Assembly (NCBI GenBank): GCA_049510745.1
Contig: JBEKYR010000003.1
Span: forward strand, 51,640-115,639
Source: Verrucomicrobiota bacterium
GTDB taxonomy: Bacteria > Verrucomicrobiota > Verrucomicrobiia > Limisphaerales > Palsa-1400
Direction: 5' to 3'
Length of the DNA stretch: 64,000 bases
The notes beneath the pieces were generated by a model, which did not search any database, had not been told where the DNA came from, and was given only the letters and a program-made list of their open reading frames with translations. A program made the position numbers and the translations under genes. Shown piece after piece: positions 53,534 to 62,825 of this stretch (position 1 is the first letter of the stretch; every line of letters begins with the position of its first letter).

Positions 53534-54735
53534 ACCTGAATCCCATCGCCATCGTTTATTTCAAGGAATGGCGCGAGTTGTTGCGCGACCGGCGGACGAT
53601 CATCTCCATGGTCGTCGTGCCCGTGCTCATCATGCCGGTCTTGATGGTCACGGTCGGGACCACGGCCACGAAACTGGTCGGGAAGGCGCGGCAGGAAACT
53701 CCCAAGGTGATGCTGCTGGGCGGCGCGGATTCGCCGGAGACGACCGGGGCGTTGCGCGCGCTCAAAACGTTCCAGTTTGTCCCGGCCGCCCCGGATTTCA
53801 CGAACCTCATTTCGGACAAGAAAATCGGCGCCGCCGTCGAGATTTCCGGGGGTTTTGACGCCGCGCTGGCGGCGGGGCGGAAGGCGGCCGTCCACATTTA
53901 CACTTATGAAAGCGAACTGAGATCGACCATCGCGGCGGAATCCCTCGAACAATTCTTCCGGCATCGCCGCGACGACCTCATCAAACGGGGGCTGTCCGAG
54001 CGTCATCTCCCGGAAACAGTCTTGACACCGTTCTCCATCGAGCGGACCAATGTGGCGTCGCCCAGGAAAGTGACCGGCAACGTCGTCGGAATGATTCTGC
54101 CCTACATTGTGGTTTTGATGTGCCTGACAGGGGCGATTTATCCGGCGGTTGACCTGACGGCCGGCGAAAAGGAGCGCGGCACGCTGGAGACGCTTTTGTG
54201 CAGCCCGGTCCCGCGGCGCCATCTGGTGCTGGGCAAGGTGCTGGTGGTGCTGACGGTGTCGCTGGCGACCGGCTTCCTGGCCGTGGCTTCCAACGGCGTG
54301 GCGCTGCTCCTGATGAAACGGATGAGCATCGAGGCGGCCAAGGCGGCTGCCGCCATGCCGCTGGCGCTGGACCCGTTCTGCCTGGCCGCTTTTTGCGTGA
54401 TGATGGTCCCGGTGGCGGCTTTTCTTTCGGCGCTGCTGATCGCAGCCGGCCTGTTCGCGCGCGGCACCAAGGAAGCCAACTCTTATGTGCAACCCCTCCT
54501 CATCTTGGTGATCATCCCGGCGGTGGTGGGGGCGCTGCCGGGCATCGAGATCAATTCCCGGCTGGCTCTGATTCCCATTCTGAACGTCAACCTGATCAGC
54601 AGGGAAATTCTGGCGGGAACCTGGCACTGGAATTACATCGCCCTCGTTTTTGGTTCGACCTGTCTTTATGCCGCGCTGGCCGTCGCCGCCGCCGTCGCGC
54701 TCTTCCAGCGCGAGGACGTTCTTTTCCGCACTTAA
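53530..54735 (+). CDS. ABC-2 permease (NatB-like)
   Basis: The GTG start overlaps the ATPase stop (GTGA). N-terminal TM helix, a large loop, then 5 TM helices. Confidence 0.8.
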   Translation: MNLNPIAIVYFKEWRELLRDRRTIISMVVVPVLIMPVLMVTVGTTATKLVGKARQETPKVMLLGGADSPETTGALRALKTFQFVPAAPDFTNLISDKKIGAAVEISGGFDAALAAGRKAAVHIYTYESELRSTIAAESLEQFFRHRRDDLIKRGLSERHLPETVLTPFSIERTNVASPRKVTGNVVGMILPYIVVLMCLTGAIYPAVDLTAGEKERGTLETLLCSPVPRRHLVLGKVLVVLTVSLATGFLAVASNGVALLLMKRMSIEAAKAAAAMPLALDPFCLAAFCVMMVPVAAFLSALLIAAGLFARGTKEANSYVQPLLILVIIPAVVGALPGIEINSRLALIPILNVNLISREILAGTWHWNYIALVFGSTCLYAALAVAAAVALFQREDVLFRT

Positions 54736-56339
54736 CCAACCCGCATCCAGACGGTCTTCAGGTAAGCCGGTTCGGCGCGCTCGATGGGGAAATCCGGCGG
54801 CTGCGGCGCGTAGGGGCGGGCCAGCACGCGGCGGCCGGCCCGCGTGATCGCGCCGGTCACGGCTTCGAGAAAATCCTCCGGCGCGAACCCGGCCGCGTTG
54901 GTCGAGGCCAGGAGGAGGCCGCCGGGTTTGAGCGCCGGCAACGCGGCGGCGGCCAGCGCCCCGTAATCCTTTTCCGCTTGAAAGACGCCGCTTTCCCTCG
55001 AACGGGAAAAAGTGGGCGGGTCCAGGACAATCACATCGAACGCGCGCTTCTTCTTGACAAAACGGCGGAGCCAGCCGAAGACGTCGCCAAAAATAAAATC
55101 GTGGCCGGAAGGATCGAGGCCGTTGAGGAGGAAGTTCCGCCGGCCCCACTCCAGGCAGTTTTTGGACAGGTCCAGGCTGGTGGCGCGCGCTCCGCCGAGG
55201 GCGGCGCAGACCGAAAAGCCGCAGGTGTAGGCGAAGGTGTTGAGCACTTGCGCCCCGGCGGGGATTTCGATGCCCGGCGCGACGTAACGGGTGAGGAAGC
55301 GGCGGCGATTGTCCCGTTGATCCAGGAACAGGCCGGCGGAATAACCCTCGTCCAGGCGCAGGGCGAAGCGCACGCCGTTTTCGCGCACGGAGATTTCCCC
55401 CGGCGCGGGCGCGCCCCACAAGAGGGCCGGCGCGTTCCGGGCCTCGCGTTGGAGGGTCTTGTGATAGACGGCGCGCGCGGCCACGCGGCGCGCCCAATCT
55501 TCGAGTTGACTCCGTTGCGCCGCGGTGGGCGGCGCGGCGGATTGGGCCAGCAAATAATCCCCCAACTGGTCCAGGTACAGGCCGGGCCACCCGTCCGCCG
55601 CGCCATGAACCAGCCGGAAAGCGTTGGTCGCGGCGGGATCGATGACCGCCCGGCGCAGGGCCAGGCGCGGTTCCTGCGCAAAATCCGGCGGCGCCGACAA
55701 GGAAACCGTCCGGCCGGTGGCGGGATGCTCGAATTGAAGATGCGCGGCATGCAAACAGAGGCGCGGGTACGGAGCGCCGCCGTAAAGAGTGTCCCCGAGA
55801 ATGGGAAAACCCCCGGCGGCGGCCTGCACCCGGATTTGATGGGTCTTGCCGGTCAGCGGGCGGGCCTCGACCATCGCGCCGGCCGGTCGAAACCATGTTT
55901 CCGCCACCGCCGCGCCGGCGTGCAGGGGGCGGCTGACGTATTTTGGCCCGGCGCGAACCAGGGCGGAGCGCGCCTTCAGCTCGCGGAAGGCCACCGGGCG
56001 ATCAGTCAAGAATAGATATTCTTTGAGCACCCGGCCTTCTTCGAACTGCCGGGCCAGGGCGCGATTGGCGGCGGCGGTCTTGCCGAACACGATCAAGCCC
56101 GAGGTCTCCTTGTCCAGGCGGTGGAGGAGGGAGAGGCCCTGCCAGCGCGGTTCGCGCTGCCGGAGCCATTCGTAGAGGCCCTCGCCGGCGAAGGGCGCGG
56201 GCAAGTGGGTGTTCCACCCGGCCGGTTTGTTCGCCGCCAGCAGGTGTTCATCTTCAAAAACAATCAAATCCATCCGCGGCGCGTTCTTGGCGCCAGAATG
56301 GGCAAGGGAACGCGGGCCGTCAAATGGTGAATTCTTCAT
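54732..56339 (-). CDS. fusion protein: RluA-family pseudouridine synthase (N) plus RlmI-like SAM-dependent RNA methyltransferase (C)
   Basis: N-terminal half: HRLDKETSGLIVFGKT and PLTGKTHQIRVQAA..GFPILGD.LYG. C-terminal half: FRLVHGAADGWPGLYLDQLGDYLL, GLFLDQRDNR, VLNTFAYTCGFSV and FDVIVLDPPTF. Confidence 0.85.
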   Translation of the reverse strand: MKNSPFDGPRSLAHSGAKNAPRMDLIVFEDEHLLAANKPAGWNTHLPAPFAGEGLYEWLRQREPRWQGLSLLHRLDKETSGLIVFGKTAAANRALARQFEEGRVLKEYLFLTDRPVAFRELKARSALVRAGPKYVSRPLHAGAAVAETWFRPAGAMVEARPLTGKTHQIRVQAAAGGFPILGDTLYGGAPYPRLCLHAAHLQFEHPATGRTVSLSAPPDFAQEPRLALRRAVIDPAATNAFRLVHGAADGWPGLYLDQLGDYLLAQSAAPPTAAQRSQLEDWARRVAARAVYHKTLQREARNAPALLWGAPAPGEISVRENGVRFALRLDEGYSAGLFLDQRDNRRRFLTRYVAPGIEIPAGAQVLNTFAYTCGFSVCAALGGARATSLDLSKNCLEWGRRNFLLNGLDPSGHDFIFGDVFGWLRRFVKKKRAFDVIVLDPPTFSRSRESGVFQAEKDYGALAAAALPALKPGGLLLASTNAAGFAPEDFLEAVTGAITRAGRRVLARPYAPQPPDFPIERAEPAYLKTVWMRVG

Positions 56340-56385
56340 TTTTCCTCTGGCCTCGCGCTGGCGCCCGTCGCATCATGGAGTCCTT

Positions 56386-57801
56386 ATGACAACCGGTAAC
56401 GGAAGCCACTCCCGCTTGAGCCGCCGTCGCTTTCTCAAGGTCGCCGGCGCCGCGGGCGCCGCCTTTGCCCTGCCCACTTTCATTCCTGCCACCGCCTTGG
56501 GGCGAGGCGGGCGGCCTGCCCCTTCCGAACGGATCACCGTCGGGATCGTCGGCTGGGGCATGATCGCGCCGGATAATACGCAGGGGCTGATGGCCCTGAA
56601 GGATTGCCAGGTGGTGGCCTCGTGCAACATCGACAAATCACACCTGAAACAATCCCTCGATGTCATCAACGGCTTCTACCAGAACAAGGACTGCAAATCG
56701 TATCACGATTACCGGAAGATGCTGGCGCGGGACGACCTGGACGCGGTGATGATTGCGGTGCCGGACCATTGGCACGAATTGATCGCAGTCGCGGCCGCCC
56801 GGCGCAAGAAGGACATTTATGGCGAGAAGCCGCTGGCCAAGACCATCGCCGAACAGCAGCGGATAGTGCAAGCGGTGCGGGAAAACGGGTGCATCTGGCA
56901 AACCGGCTCGTGGCAGCGCTCCAAAGGCAGTTTTCACAAGGCGGCCGAAATTGTCCGCAACGGCCTGATCGGCAAAATCAGCCGGGTCGAAGTCGGGTTG
57001 CCCTCCGGCCACACCGACTTTGCCCACATTGAACCGGAGTTTGTCAAGAAACTCGCCGCGCTCAACGCGGGCATCACCAGCCCCGCCCAGGTGTTGCCGG
57101 GAACTGCTGCGTGGAACCTGGCCGTCACGAAGGCCCCGCGCGAGTTGGATTACAACACCTGGATCGGCCCCTCGAGAATGGAACCCTACATCAAGGTGCG
57201 CGGCCACTTGGACTGGCGCTGGAATTACAATACCGGCGGCGGCCAATTGATGGACTGGGTCGGCCATCATGTCGATATCGCCCATTGGGGATTGGGATTT
57301 GACAGCAGCGGTCCCTACGAATTGGAAGGCCACGGCGACTTCCCGCCCCAGGAGGCCATCTGGAACACCTGCACCAAATATCGCATCGAACTGAAGTATC
57401 CCAACGACATCCGCATGACCATCGCCGGCGGACACGACGACATCAAGAACGGCACAAAATGGATCGGTTCGGACGGCTGGGTGTGGGTGAACCGCGAAAG
57501 TTTCGACGCCTCGAATGAGGATTGGAGGGACATCAAGGAACTTTCCGACCGGGACGCCAAGATCAAGCTCATCAAATCGACCGATCATTACCGCAACTTC
57601 ATCGACTCGGTCAAATCGCGGCAGCCCACCATCACGCCCGTCGAAACCGCCCATCACTCCACCCTCCCCGGCCATCTCGGCCTGATCTCGATGTGGGTGG
57701 GGCGCAAACTGCGCTGGGACGCGGCCAGGGAAGAAATTCTTGACGATCCGACGGCGACCGACTTGATGACCCGCATGTACCGTCCGCCCTACGAGATGTG
57801 A
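56386..57801 (+). CDS. Gfo/Idh/MocA-family oxidoreductase with a TAT signal
   Basis: SRRRFLKVAGAAGAAFALP twin-arginine signal. ITVGIVGWG Rossmann start. DAVMIAVPDHWH...IYGEKPL. Confidence 0.9.
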   Translation: MTTGNGSHSRLSRRRFLKVAGAAGAAFALPTFIPATALGRGGRPAPSERITVGIVGWGMIAPDNTQGLMALKDCQVVASCNIDKSHLKQSLDVINGFYQNKDCKSYHDYRKMLARDDLDAVMIAVPDHWHELIAVAAARRKKDIYGEKPLAKTIAEQQRIVQAVRENGCIWQTGSWQRSKGSFHKAAEIVRNGLIGKISRVEVGLPSGHTDFAHIEPEFVKKLAALNAGITSPAQVLPGTAAWNLAVTKAPRELDYNTWIGPSRMEPYIKVRGHLDWRWNYNTGGGQLMDWVGHHVDIAHWGLGFDSSGPYELEGHGDFPPQEAIWNTCTKYRIELKYPNDIRMTIAGGHDDIKNGTKWIGSDGWVWVNRESFDASNEDWRDIKELSDRDAKIKLIKSTDHYRNFIDSVKSRQPTITPVETAHHSTLPGHLGLISMWVGRKLRWDAAREEILDDPTATDLMTRMYRPPYEM

Positions 57802-57810
57802 CGCCGCGCG

Positions 57811-59205
57811 TCACATCTGCTCTTTGAGCAGACTGAAAACGTCCGTCGAGTCGATCTGCGGCGGAATCGTTCCCGCCGGGCGTTCGCAGAGCAACACGGG
57901 CTGCTCCCCCGCCGGAACCGCGCGCCTTCCGTGCGACCCTTTCACCAGGCCGGCGTCCAGCGGAATGACATCCATCAACATGCGGAAGCCGAGTTGCTTG
58001 CGCAGCAAACGCCAGAGGATTTTCAGTTTGACCATGGGGATTTTCGGGTCCAAAAACAACTCGGCCGGGTCGTAGCCGGGTTTGCGATGGATGTCCACGC
58101 AACGCGCGAAATCCGGCGCCAGCGCATCATCCAACCAGTAATAATAGGTAAACCACGCCCCCCCGGCCGCCACCGCGATCAAGTCGCCCGCGCGCGGATG
58201 GTCCAGGCCCAGCGCCCGCTTTTCCGCCGCGCCGAGGACCGCCCCGACCCCCGGTTGCGCGCCCAGCGCGTCCCGCGCCCGCGCTTCCAGCGAAGGGTCA
58301 TTGAGGTAAACATGGGCGACCTGATGATCGGCGACGGCGAAGACCTTGCTGGCGCCGCAATCGAGCAGTTCCAATCCCAGTTCCTCCCGCACCGCCACCC
58401 AGCCGTTTTCCCGAAACACCCGGTTCAGATGCACGGGCCGCTCGACGCCCGAAATTCCATATTCGGAAAGCATGATGACGCGCACTCCCCGCTTTTGAAC
58501 ATAGGAAATCAAATCGCCCGCGATGTTGTCGATGCGCCGCAGGTCCGCCGCGATCAACGGCGAAGCCGGCCCGTGCCGTTGCAGATTGTAGTCCAGATGC
58601 GGCAGGTAAACCAGGCTCAACGTCGGCGCGTATTTTTGCTCGACCCATTTGGCCGATTCCGCGATCCAGCGCGAGGCCGCGTCCGCGCTCCCGTGCGGCC
58701 CGGCCACGCCCGCCGCCGGTCCCCAAAAGGCCTGGAACGGGAATTCCCCCAAGTCCCGCTTGATGGCCGGGCGGAGGCCGGGCGGCCACGCATAGATGTC
58801 GAACACCTTGCGCCCGTCGGCCGGATACATGGGACGGGGCGTGATGGAGTAATCCGCCGTCGAATACATGTTGAACCACCAGAACAATTGCGCGCAGGTG
58901 AAGGCCGGGTCGCGCCGGCGCAATTCCTCCCAAATCTTCGTCCCCCCCACCAGGTGATTGGACTGCTTCCAGAACTGCACCTCGGCCAGTTCGCGATGGT
59001 ACCAGCCGTTGCCCACAATGCCGTGGCGGGCGGGAGGGGCGCCAGTCAAGTAGTTGGCTTGCGCGGTGCAGGTGACGGCGGGAAACGCCGGCACGATGCG
59101 CGCCTGCGCGCCCCGGTTGCGGAAGGCCGCGAGGTTCGGCATCTCCGGGCCGAGGAGCGATTCCGCCAGGCCGGCCACGTTGATGACCGCCGTTCGATTC
59201 AACAC
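57811..59205 (-). CDS. alkaline-phosphatase-superfamily phosphodiesterase / nucleotide pyrophosphatase-like protein
   Basis: FPAVTCTAQANYLTGAPPARHGIVGNGWY (nucleophile Thr context) and LVYLPHLDY. Confidence 0.8.
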   Translation of the reverse strand: MLNRTAVINVAGLAESLLGPEMPNLAAFRNRGAQARIVPAFPAVTCTAQANYLTGAPPARHGIVGNGWYHRELAEVQFWKQSNHLVGGTKIWEELRRRDPAFTCAQLFWWFNMYSTADYSITPRPMYPADGRKVFDIYAWPPGLRPAIKRDLGEFPFQAFWGPAAGVAGPHGSADAASRWIAESAKWVEQKYAPTLSLVYLPHLDYNLQRHGPASPLIAADLRRIDNIAGDLISYVQKRGVRVIMLSEYGISGVERPVHLNRVFRENGWVAVREELGLELLDCGASKVFAVADHQVAHVYLNDPSLEARARDALGAQPGVGAVLGAAEKRALGLDHPRAGDLIAVAAGGAWFTYYYWLDDALAPDFARCVDIHRKPGYDPAELFLDPKIPMVKLKILWRLLRKQLGFRMLMDVIPLDAGLVKGSHGRRAVPAGEQPVLLCERPAGTIPPQIDSTDVFSLLKEQM

Positions 59206-59250
59206 GGCCCGTCTATCCTCCTTTGCTGCTATAAAACATAAATCTCGCGC

Positions 59251-59535
59251 TCAGTTGCAGCGGGACCAATAATAGATTCCGGCGATGATGCCCAGGGAGG
59301 CCACGCTCATCCAAAGGGCCGAGCCGATGAAATAGGAACCCGCCACCAGGGCAATGCCGCCAAAAAGCGGCGGGGCCGATCGCTGTTTTTTTCCGTAAAT
59401 GAAAAATCCGGCGCCGATCGCTCCCCAGATCAACGACGCCACCAGCGTGCCCGAATCGACATGGAGCGGGAGCGAGGGAATCGGGCTGGGTTCGTCCATC
59501 AAGCCGGCGCCGAAAAATCCGTCGAGCTTCGTCAT
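59251..59535 (-). CDS. small membrane protein
   Basis: 94 aa with 2-3 hydrophobic helices. The ATG overlaps the der stop (ATGA). The start lies inside a TTCGTCA repeat. Confidence 0.5.
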   Translation of the reverse strand: MTKLDGFFGAGLMDEPSPIPSLPLHVDSGTLVASLIWGAIGAGFFIYGKKQRSAPPLFGGIALVAGSYFIGSALWMSVASLGIIAGIYYWSRCN

Positions 59536-61055
59536 TCGTCATTTTCCCCGGTTGATCCACTCCGGCCTTCCCGCGGCGCCGGCGAGTGTCCAAAACTCGA
59601 GCTCCGCCCGCGCCCGTGTCCGCGGATGGAGGCGATGGTCTTGGCGCGGCTGCGCGGCACCAGCACCAGCGGGCAGCCTTCAAAGCCGAAGGCCCGCCGC
59701 ATCTCGTTGGCCAGATATTTCTTGTACGCGTCGGAAAACAAATCCGCGCGGTTGACGAAGAGCAGAAACATCGGCGGCGCCTGCTTGATTTGCGTCGCGT
59801 AAAAAAACTTCAGCCGGTGCCCCGCCGAACTCAACGGCTGCCGTTGCGCGATGGCGTCGTGCAGGGTGCGGTTGAGGATCGCCGTCGGAACCTTCTGGCG
59901 CAATTGCGAGGCGACATAGCGGATCGATTCCAGCAACTGCTCGAGGTGGAATCCCGATTTCGCCGAGGTGAAAATGACCGGGGCGTAATCGAGAAAAAAG
60001 AGATGCTCCCGCACCCAGCCGCCAAACTCCCCCAGCGAGGTGAGCGGCCTGGATTGCCCTTCCCGCCGTTTCTTCTCCTGATCGCGCAATTCCTTGCGGG
60101 CCGTCTCCACTTCGGGAGCGACCAGGTCCCACTTGTTGACAACCAGCACGCACGCCTTGCGCTCCTCGATGATCTTGTCGGCCACTTTCTTGTCCTGCGA
60201 CAGGATGCCCGCCTCCGCGTCCAGCACGAAAATGACAATGTCGCACCGGGCAATCGAGTCCTCCGTGCGCTTGACGCTGAAAAACTCGACGGAATCATCC
60301 ACGCGCCGTTTCTGCCGCACGCCGGCCGTGTCAATCAAAATATATTTCTGCCGCGCGCCGCCGGTCTCGACTTCAAAAGGGACATCGACCGAGTCGCGGG
60401 TCGTGCCGGGAACGGGGGTGACGATGACCCGTTGGGAATGGGTCAAGGCGTTGATGAGGGACGATTTGCCCACGTTGGGCCGGCCCACGACCGCCAATTT
60501 GAGCGCCGGCCCGGCCGCGGCGTCCGGGGCCGGCCCGCCCTCCGCCTCGGCGGGCAGCGCGGCCATGGCGGCGTCCATCAGCGCGTCAATGCCCCGCTGA
60601 TGAATGGCGCTGACCGGAAAAATCCCGAGAAAGCCCAACGCGGAAAACTCGTCCGCGCCGGCGTTGTCCCGATCATTGTCCGCCTTATTGACCGCAACCA
60701 GCGCCTCCTTGCCCGCGCGCCGCAGCCTTTGGGCGACCTCCCTGTCCAGCGGCACAACCCCCTCGCGGACATCGACAACGAGGATAATGACCTGGGCCGC
60801 TTCGATGGCCAATTGGACCTGCGCGAACGCCGCCTCGGCGATGGCATCGCGCGCCTTCTCCCCGCGCACCAGCCCGATGCCGCCCGTATCGACGAGGGTG
60901 AAGGGCCGTCCGCGCCACTCCACCTCGGCGGTGACGCGATCGCGCGTCACGCCCGGCTCGTCGTGGACGATGGCGATGCGTTTGCCGGCGATGCGATTAA
61001 ACAGCGCGGATTTCCCCACATTGGGCCGACCGACAATGGCAATAAGACCAGGCAC
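59532..61055 (-). CDS. der: ribosome-associated GTPase Der (EngA) with a basic C-terminal extension
   Basis: Two G domains (GRPNVGKSALFN at the N-terminus, GRPNVGKSSLIN in the second) and a KH-like C-terminus. Probable GTG start at 61055 (the ORF extends to TTG 61076). The last residues TGENDE come from a repeat. Confidence 0.93.
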   Translation of the reverse strand: MPGLIAIVGRPNVGKSALFNRIAGKRIAIVHDEPGVTRDRVTAEVEWRGRPFTLVDTGGIGLVRGEKARDAIAEAAFAQVQLAIEAAQVIILVVDVREGVVPLDREVAQRLRRAGKEALVAVNKADNDRDNAGADEFSALGFLGIFPVSAIHQRGIDALMDAAMAALPAEAEGGPAPDAAAGPALKLAVVGRPNVGKSSLINALTHSQRVIVTPVPGTTRDSVDVPFEVETGGARQKYILIDTAGVRQKRRVDDSVEFFSVKRTEDSIARCDIVIFVLDAEAGILSQDKKVADKIIEERKACVLVVNKWDLVAPEVETARKELRDQEKKRREGQSRPLTSLGEFGGWVREHLFFLDYAPVIFTSAKSGFHLEQLLESIRYVASQLRQKVPTAILNRTLHDAIAQRQPLSSAGHRLKFFYATQIKQAPPMFLLFVNRADLFSDAYKKYLANEMRRAFGFEGCPLVLVPRSRAKTIASIRGHGRGRSSSFGHSPAPREGRSGSTGENDE

Positions 61056-61187
61056 GTTGGGCCAGAGTAGGCGCAATCAGCGCCACAAGCCATACCGGAA
61101 TTGCAGGCCCGCGCAACCCGGGTGCATTTCAATATTTGGACCCCGGTCAGCGCGGCTGGAGGGCAAGCGGCAATCGTGCGGTGCTTG

Positions 61188-61663
61188 TGAGGTTTTTCGT
61201 CTCCGGTCGCCGTCGCCGGTTCCGGGTATTTTTAGGATTTTCATTTTTTGGCCCGATTTAGCCGGATTTACCCGGATTTGGCCGGATTTTTCCGGATTTG
61301 TCCGGGTTTGGGGCTTCGTTTTCCGGGTTGAATCCGGCATTTTTTGCCGCTTCTTGGGGTAGTTCCCGGTGCCAGCGCAGCATCGGGTCTGCGCTTGGGC
61401 CGCGCCAGATTTGAGTTTTTGCGTCAAGTCTGTCACCTGCAAATGACGGCAAATGTCCGTCCAAGGTTTGACTGGCTTGATTGGTGAGCCAATGGGACCA
61501 ATGCGACGAATGGCTGATGCGATGGGAGAGGTCTGCGAGCCACGGGCCGGTGTTGACCGGGCCGCACTGAGCACTTTGCCTTTTGCATGTCTCATTCATG
61601 CTGGCTCGATTTAAGCACAGGTCTATCAAGACGAAAAACCTACGGAAGGAAAAAAAAGCGAAT
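61188..61663. repeat. ~0.5-kb non-coding element, copy 2
   Basis: See 13249-13757. Lies between the GT2 and der genes. Confidence 0.85.
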
Positions 61664-61665
61664 TT

Positions 61666-61795
61666 AAGAATGAGTGAATCAGTGAATTGGAGGAGAATAA
61701 GCGAGTCAGTGAATCAGTGAATGAGGGTGCTGTTAACAGCCCATCCGGCCCCTTTCTCACTCACTGATTCACTGATTCACTGATTCTCTTCTTGT
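61666..61795. repeat. inverted GAATCAGT octamer arrays forming a long hairpin; possible GT2 terminator
   Basis: TCAGTGAATCAGTGAAT (61706-61722) pairs with ATTCACTGATTCACTGA (61767-61783). The loop contains the palindrome CTGTTAACAG (61730-61739). On the minus strand a T8 run follows at 61650-61657. Confidence 0.6.
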
Positions 61796-62824
61796 CTTCG
61801 CGTGCCGTTCCAAATACGCGCCCAGGCTGGCGGGGCCGACCTTTTTGTTCACCCGGTAATCTTCGCGATAAGCGAACCAAAGCGCGCGCGAAATCTTGAC
61901 GGGATTGAATTCCCTCGGCCGCCGCTTGTTTTTGAGCGAATAGACAAAATCGCAAAGGCACACGCGGTCGTCCACCACGCGAATCAGCGCGTCCATGCGC
62001 GGGGAGAGCGGGCGGCAACGGCGCCAGGCGGAACGAATGGCCCAGACGTATTGCAGCCAGTACTGCCAGCGGTGGCTGCGATGGGCGTTGAGCGTCATGC
62101 TGGCCGGCGAGGCGCGGCAGGCGACCAGCGGTTCGCCCAGCACGAGCAATTCCCCGGAACGCAGGCCCAGTTCGCTCATGAAGGAAACATCGTTGCCGTA
62201 GGCATGACGCGAGAAGTCAAACCCGTAGGGATTCTCAAAGTCGATGTAATGATCGAACACCTCTCGGGCCACCGCCGTGTCCCATAACCCGCAGATTTGG
62301 CTGACGGGAAAAACCGCCGCCAGGATGCCCAGGGCGTATTGGTCCCCTTTGACTTTGCCGGTGGGAAACTGGTGCAGCAGAACGCGGCTGGCTTCGCCGG
62401 TGCGGATGTTTTTCGCGCCGGGATTCTCCACCGCCGCCGGCAGCGTCTCGGAATAGGCGTTGCAACTGGCGATGACTTGCGATGGGTTTTGCCGCAAAAC
62501 TTCCACCAATGCCCCGGCATAGCGCGGCAAAATCAAATCGTCCGCCCAAACGAAGGTGGCGTACTTTCCGCGCGCTTCCTGGAGGAGCTTGCGCCAGGCG
62601 CGGACGGGGCCGGAATTGGTGTCGCTGGAGAAAAAACGGATGCGCGGGTCCTGCCGGGCGGCGGCCTGGATGATCTGGCGGGTGGCGTCCTGGCTGGCCT
62701 CGTCGTAAATGACGATTTCCAGATCGCGAAACGTCTGGCTCCGGCACGACGCGATGGCCTCCGCCACCGTCAAGGCGCTGTTGAATGTGGGAATTAAAAG
62801 GCTGACCAGAGGAGCGGCCGGCAT
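61769..62824 (-). CDS. family 2 glycosyltransferase
   Basis: VSLLIPTFNSALTVAEAIASCRSQTFRDLEIVIYDEAS.D...FVWADDL is a GT2 N-terminal pattern. Confidence 0.9.
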   Translation of the reverse strand: MPAAPLVSLLIPTFNSALTVAEAIASCRSQTFRDLEIVIYDEASQDATRQIIQAAARQDPRIRFFSSDTNSGPVRAWRKLLQEARGKYATFVWADDLILPRYAGALVEVLRQNPSQVIASCNAYSETLPAAVENPGAKNIRTGEASRVLLHQFPTGKVKGDQYALGILAAVFPVSQICGLWDTAVAREVFDHYIDFENPYGFDFSRHAYGNDVSFMSELGLRSGELLVLGEPLVACRASPASMTLNAHRSHRWQYWLQYVWAIRSAWRRCRPLSPRMDALIRVVDDRVCLCDFVYSLKNKRRPREFNPVKISRALWFAYREDYRVNKKVGPASLGAYLERHAKTRRESVNQ

Positions 62825-62825
62825 A

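Noticed and set aside
53113-55896. 927-aa minus-strand ORF spanning the ABC ATPase, the permease and part of the Rlu-Rlm gene.
   Set aside because: The composition is Arg/Pro/Gly-rich and low in complexity. It crosses three well-supported genes, including one on its own strand in another frame. This is typical of spurious long ORFs in high-GC DNA.
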